A DNA stretch of 64,000 nucleotides from IMG/VR virus record IMGVR_UViG_3300018080_000111. The stretch is one strand, 5' to 3'. Of this stretch, positions 59,432 to 64,000 are shown in pieces. The DNA comes from a virus (Duplodnaviria > Heunggongvirae > Uroviricota > Caudoviricetes). How positions within the stretch are numbered: position 1 is the stretch's first letter; every line of letters begins with the position of its first letter. Both the position numbers and the translations under genes were made by a program. The notes beneath the pieces were generated by a model. The model was not told where the DNA came from. It saw only the letters and a list, made by a program, of their open reading frames with translations, and searched no databases.

Positions 59432-61090
59432 ATGCCCATCGAAGATTTTACAACATACAGTGAAACTGATCCAGGATCCACTGTTACAAAAACCAGTGAT
59501 ACAATCACCTGGGCCCTTCTCTCTACTAGGAATACAAGCAGTTATGTCTATAAGGATTTTGGCGCGGGTTACTTTGGTGGAGATTTTTCTCATAGGTTTG
59601 AAGTAACCGCCACTGGGTATGGGGGAGTCACCCCTTATGCCTCCGTTTGGGGACTTGCAAATGCGGTTGATGATTTTCAAGGGATAGATGACTCAGGGGG
59701 GGATTATCAGTCGGTAGTTCTAGTAAACAGCGGTGGTACGTACTTTCTGCAGCTGAGGATTTGTGAGGATGGCGGGGTATCCTTATCCAATCAAGCAATC
59801 TCAGTTAGCACTAAGTACTATGTAACCGTTGAGAGGGATGATGATGGTGGAACAAATGGAACCGGTAGATTGACCTTGCGGGTATACACAGGAAATTACT
59901 ATGGGGAATCCGGGGCGGTAGAAATAGGAACGGTTACCTTGGATTGTGGGGTTGGTGAGCAGAATGATTTCCGATATCTATATGCGACATCCTCATTCAA
60001 TACCGGAGACGCTGGAAAAACCCTAAATGCAACCATAGAGAATTTGGATCTACTTCTTGTAGTTGAGCTAGAATCTGCTTTTCCAACCGCAACGGCGTTA
60101 ACGAATATTCCAGAACCAAAGGAACAATTTGGATTTGAAGAGTTAAATGGCGTCTTATATGCAGTCGCTGGGATAACCACTGGGGACACCCATTCAAAAA
60201 CAACTTACGCATTCGATATTTCAGCCGGAACATGGTCTCAAAAAACTGATGCTCCGGTCTCCTTACAGAGTCCAGTTTTAAGGGCTGTAAATGGAAAACT
60301 ATATTTAATAGGTGGGTATAGGAGTGATTTAGGAACTTATTACGACACAGTCTATGAATATGATCCGGATCTGGATTCTTGGACCGCGAAAACTTCTATG
60401 CCGGTAGCGAGAGAAGATCATGCATCCGCCGTTATTAATGATAAGATTTATATTTTTGGTGGTCTGAAATCTCCTCCCCACACCCTGGTTCCTTATGTCG
60501 ATATATATGATCCGGCACTGGATACCTGGGGAACCAGAAGGGCTTGGGCCGCCCCCAGGGCTTTAGGGGATTATGCCTGCTCCTATGAATATAATGGGAA
60601 GATCTATATAGTAAGTTCTACAGCGGACATGTCTGGATACTCCGCTGATTTGAAAGCTACCACAGAAGTATTTGAATACGATCCAGAAACAGATATATTT
60701 ACAGCAAAAACAAATTGTCCTGAGGCAGTTTGTTATAAAGAAGTTTCAAATATAGATGGGGTTCTATATGTGGTAAGTGGGGCTACTGACGATACTGTGA
60801 CATATTCTTTATATGATCAGGTTTATGACATATCCTTAGATTTATGGAAGAAGAGACCCACCTCTTCCTACTCGGCAAGAGGAATCAGCATGGCGGCTTA
60901 TAGTGGAAGTATTTATATCTGTGGTGGATTTGATAATGATTCTGGTCAGTTGGATAGTTTTTACCGATTGACGCCCCCACCAGCTTCCTCTATTTCGGGT
61001 GCTTCTGGAACTTTATCTTTGGTTTCTCGGGTTGATCCGGTAAGCTCCCACTTTTTTAATTTGCCATATGACATAACGAGGGAACAGTAG
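59432..61090 (+). CDS. receptor-binding protein with Kelch-type beta-propeller and C-terminal FFNLPYDITREQ
   Basis: Repeated GKLYLIGGY, DKIYIFGGL, GKIYIVSS, GVLYVVSG and GSIYICGGFD blades. Confidence 0.6.
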   Translation: MPIEDFTTYSETDPGSTVTKTSDTITWALLSTRNTSSYVYKDFGAGYFGGDFSHRFEVTATGYGGVTPYASVWGLANAVDDFQGIDDSGGDYQSVVLVNSGGTYFLQLRICEDGGVSLSNQAISVSTKYYVTVERDDDGGTNGTGRLTLRVYTGNYYGESGAVEIGTVTLDCGVGEQNDFRYLYATSSFNTGDAGKTLNATIENLDLLLVVELESAFPTATALTNIPEPKEQFGFEELNGVLYAVAGITTGDTHSKTTYAFDISAGTWSQKTDAPVSLQSPVLRAVNGKLYLIGGYRSDLGTYYDTVYEYDPDLDSWTAKTSMPVAREDHASAVINDKIYIFGGLKSPPHTLVPYVDIYDPALDTWGTRRAWAAPRALGDYACSYEYNGKIYIVSSTADMSGYSADLKATTEVFEYDPETDIFTAKTNCPEAVCYKEVSNIDGVLYVVSGATDDTVTYSLYDQVYDISLDLWKKRPTSSYSARGISMAAYSGSIYICGGFDNDSGQLDSFYRLTPPPASSISGASGTLSLVSRVDPVSSHFFNLPYDITREQ

Positions 61091-61092
61091 AA

Positions 61093-62361
61093 ATGAGTGA
61101 ATGGCGATTTGATGGTGGCTATCGTTATGACGCTTCCGCAGCTGCTGTGATCGAAGCGGAGATGGAGGTGGAAATCACCTGGCAGTATACTCACCGCCCC
61201 TTTGATGGTTTGGCCGTCGAAATGGAAATGGAGATTGATGTAAATTGGGTCCATGCGGTTTCCCTAGATCTTCTTCGCCTCCTTCCTGAATGGTTCCACA
61301 ACAAACAGATTCTACAAGATTATGTGGATGAGGTTGAACTAGAGGTTGGTAGTTGGTTAACTTATGTCCGAGATATGGTAAAGTTGAACAATCCGAATTC
61401 GGTAGCAGATAGAGAATATCTAAAGAATTTGGCTTCTCTAATTGGTTTGGACATTCCTCCGGAGGATGACTCTACTGAGGATGAAATACGTAGAACAATA
61501 GCTCAGGCAATTGATTGGTATAAGATAAAAGGTACCTATGAATCCATATTAGTTATAGCTCTGATACAAAAGTTTTCAGTCAATATATATGATATGTATA
61601 CTAATGACTATGAAACCTTTTATCTTACAGATTGGTTTGTAGGTGAAGAAGATGAGAATCCCCCCGGGTTCGACTCGACATACTATAAGAGTCCTCATTT
61701 TGGGATTGAGATTCTTTTAAACCAGGTATATACATCGGGCTCTGGATCCGGGGGTTCTGGTGGTAGTGGTTCTGGGGGTTCTTCGGCCAATCATTTATGG
61801 AGAACCACATACCTGGATAACTTTTATGATAACGTGGAACTAACTAGACCGGTTCATACGGTTCCTCATTATATTTTATATTTGAACCCAAAGACGGATG
61901 AGTTTGGGCATGTTATTGAGGTCGATGGAAATATCCAAACCCGGGTTTTAGATGGTTGGGAATTTGCTACAAAATATTTTGATTCCGTTGTAGATAGTTC
62001 TGCTTGGTATTTTGATGATCTGATTTCCTACTTTGATGATTCGGCTACCTCCTTTTTAAATAGCATTACGAAATGGGTGTTAGGTACTGGAAGTGGGGAT
62101 ATTAATCAATCTACTTGGACCCCAGTGTCCCCGGCTCTTACGGGAGCGGTGGATAGTGGAGATATTGAGGTGGATGATGAGAAGATAAGTATTTCCTTCT
62201 TGGTCCCTAAGAATGTGTCTCAAAATGGGATTCGTGAATTAGCGCTTTATACGAATACAGATGTAATTGTATTGGGGGGTACCTTCCCATCGATTGACAA
62301 GGATTCGAGGGTAGAATTAAAGGTAACCATCCAAATTTATAAAGAAGATTTGAGAACATAA
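61093..62361 (+). CDS. tail fibre/baseplate protein with internal GSGSGGSGGSGSGGSS linker
   Basis: 422 aa. Gly/Ser linker at 61738-61790. Confidence 0.5.
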   Translation: MSEWRFDGGYRYDASAAAVIEAEMEVEITWQYTHRPFDGLAVEMEMEIDVNWVHAVSLDLLRLLPEWFHNKQILQDYVDEVELEVGSWLTYVRDMVKLNNPNSVADREYLKNLASLIGLDIPPEDDSTEDEIRRTIAQAIDWYKIKGTYESILVIALIQKFSVNIYDMYTNDYETFYLTDWFVGEEDENPPGFDSTYYKSPHFGIEILLNQVYTSGSGSGGSGGSGSGGSSANHLWRTTYLDNFYDNVELTRPVHTVPHYILYLNPKTDEFGHVIEVDGNIQTRVLDGWEFATKYFDSVVDSSAWYFDDLISYFDDSATSFLNSITKWVLGTGSGDINQSTWTPVSPALTGAVDSGDIEVDDEKISISFLVPKNVSQNGIRELALYTNTDVIVLGGTFPSIDKDSRVELKVTIQIYKEDLRT

Positions 62362-62371
62362 GAGGTAAGAA

Positions 62372-63499
62372 ATGGCCACTAATATTGGAAATCAGGTCGT
62401 GAACTTGTTGTATCACTCTCGTGCCGATAGTGGTACAGTGAATAAAAGATTCGTTGGAATACGAAAGACTGGAATATATTCTGGGGGATATCTCTCTATT
62501 GTGGACAATTCTCATGCAAGTTTATCCACTTTAGTATGTGAGATTACTGATGGGACATATCAAGTAAAAATCTTAACTGGATCTGCGGTAAGTATAGCGG
62601 TAGCTTCTGCGACCCCCTATCTGGTTTTGAGGTGGGTGTATACTGGAAGCGCAACGGCGGATTACATGTCTATTCTGGCGGTTGCTTCTCCGGCAACAAA
62701 TGATTTAGTTGTTGGTATGTGTACCTTCACTGGAGGTGGGAATTTACAAGGATTCGATTACTCCGAAAGAACGTCCCCAAATACCCAGGACCTGTTTTTG
62801 AAGGTCGAGCCAACTGAGGATACCGAACTCCGGGTTCGTGTCAGAGCCGGCCGGATTCAAAATGGAAAAGAAACTATCAGTATTCCTGACCAAAAAACAA
62901 GTCTATTTACTCTTCCATCGTCGAATAGCAAAATTTATTTGGTTTATGTAAATCGAGCAACCGGGGCGATATCAATTGATAGTTCTGGAACTGCTGCGGC
63001 ATCTCCGGTAGCTCCTAATTACGACGGAAAATTGGTCCTTGCTGAGATAACTCTAACATCTACTGCTACAAATATCACATCAAGCAATATTCAGGATGTT
63101 CGGGATTTTACAAACAACTCATATGACCCGGACGATTCCACCCTTGAGGTGAATAGTAATGGAAAATTATCTCTAAAAGATTCTGGTATTCCTTCCACAA
63201 AGTTTAAAACATACGATAGTGGTTGGTTTGCGGTGAGCACCGGAACTACCTATACGAAGGCACACGGGTTGGGATATGAGCCTTTTATGGTCCAGTTGTG
63301 GTTAAGTGATTCTCCCTTTGGAACTGATTTAGTTCTTCCTCCACCACATGGGAGGCAATTTCTTTATGGGATGTGCGTCGTAGATTTGGATTCCACAAAT
63401 ATTAGAGTCCGGGGATCTGGAAGGATCTTTGATTGTATCGACAAAGATGGAAATGTGAAATCGGTATCATCCGGATACGCCAGAATAAAGGCCATATAA
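62372..63499 (+). CDS. tail fibre protein, tandem paralog 1
   Basis: PYLVLRW..Y.......Y..I.A.AS....NDL..G.C.F.G.....FDYS.R paralogous to the next ORF. Confidence 0.5.
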   Translation: MATNIGNQVVNLLYHSRADSGTVNKRFVGIRKTGIYSGGYLSIVDNSHASLSTLVCEITDGTYQVKILTGSAVSIAVASATPYLVLRWVYTGSATADYMSILAVASPATNDLVVGMCTFTGGGNLQGFDYSERTSPNTQDLFLKVEPTEDTELRVRVRAGRIQNGKETISIPDQKTSLFTLPSSNSKIYLVYVNRATGAISIDSSGTAAASPVAPNYDGKLVLAEITLTSTATNITSSNIQDVRDFTNNSYDPDDSTLEVNSNGKLSLKDSGIPSTKFKTYDSGWFAVSTGTTYTKAHGLGYEPFMVQLWLSDSPFGTDLVLPPPHGRQFLYGMCVVDLDSTNIRVRGSGRIFDCIDKDGNVKSVSSGYARIKAI

Positions 63500-63522
63500 T
63501 AGGGGAAGGATAATGGGAACAA

Positions 63523-64000
63523 CTAATCATGGAACACAATCTATTTCGGTAGCATATTACGAGGAAGCTACTTCTTTAGAGGCCAATAAACGTAATTTAG
63601 ATATAGTCCCTAGGGGGATATACTCTGGAGGATATCTAACTCGGGTATCCGATGTAGCAGTCACTTTATCTACCTTTACCGCGGAGTTGGGAGATGATAG
63701 TTCTCAGATTAGTGTGAAAACATCCTCTTCAGCAACCTTAAATGCCTCGACATTGGATTCTGGGGATATTGATCCTAGCACTCCCTACTTGGTTTTGCGA
63801 TGGTCCTATGCTGCGGCACAGAATAATTATGTAGAGATTCATGCCATTGCTTCTGTCAGTGCGGCTCAGGATAATGATCTTATTATTGGAAAATGTGTCT
63901 TCTCTGGGGCTACCCTAACAAGCTTTGACTATTCCGATAGAAGTTTTTTAAATGTTCAGGATTTAATTCTAAAAGTTATTGATGATAGTGGGCTGTATGT
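63523..64000 (+). CDS. tail fibre protein, tandem paralog 2 (partial, runs off the window end)
   Basis: ATG 63523. Same conserved blocks as 62372..63499. Confidence 0.45.

Noticed and set aside
15146-64000. Diversity-generating retroelement or retron search (variable repeats near Ig-like or lectin-like RBPs)
   Set aside because: No reverse-transcriptase-like ORF and no template/variable repeat pair were seen. The RBP variability is explained by cassette recombination instead.

Overview
This window is a 64-kb stretch of a contractile-tailed (myovirus-like) phage genome, AT-rich (roughly 38-40% GC by eye) and almost fully coding. Coordinates 1-7560 are a leftward block with non-structural, early-like content: an ATP-dependent DNA ligase, an HNH endonuclease, two tRNA-like genes, and a 512-aa protein built on about 47 tandem 12-bp repeats. 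From 7841 onward almost everything is rightward. The head module is T4-like: a gp20-like portal, then about 12 kb of small, acidic and membrane proteins (including a metallophosphoesterase and a trypsin-like protease), a gp21-like prohead protease fused to a long acidic scaffold-like region, and a gp23-like major capsid protein gene. The tail module is P2/Mu-like in order: sheath, two tube paralogs, an overlapping chaperone-like ORF pair, tape measure, U/X/D-like proteins, gpV spike, PAAR, gpW/gp25, gpJ. It ends in cassette-like receptor-binding genes (Ig-like, Kelch-propeller and fibre paralogs).

The most notable feature is that the major capsid gene is interrupted twice by compact, ORF-less group I introns. 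Both carry R/S core elements and P9 hairpins with a GAAA loop, and their 3' halves are near-identical 58-nt copies. All three exons lie in one genomic frame, and a PD-(D/E)xK nuclease gene sits immediately downstream.

Other points worth a second look:
- an apparent +1 frameshift in the tail chaperone slot;
- three dispersed leucine-rich-repeat paralog genes with near-identical 5' ends;
- a 26-bp motif shared by two divergent promoter regions;
- a conserved C-terminal dodecapeptide on two unrelated receptor-binding proteins, next to a gene remnant that marks cassette exchange;
- a GC-rich island;
- three unannotated small Cys-rich ORFs.
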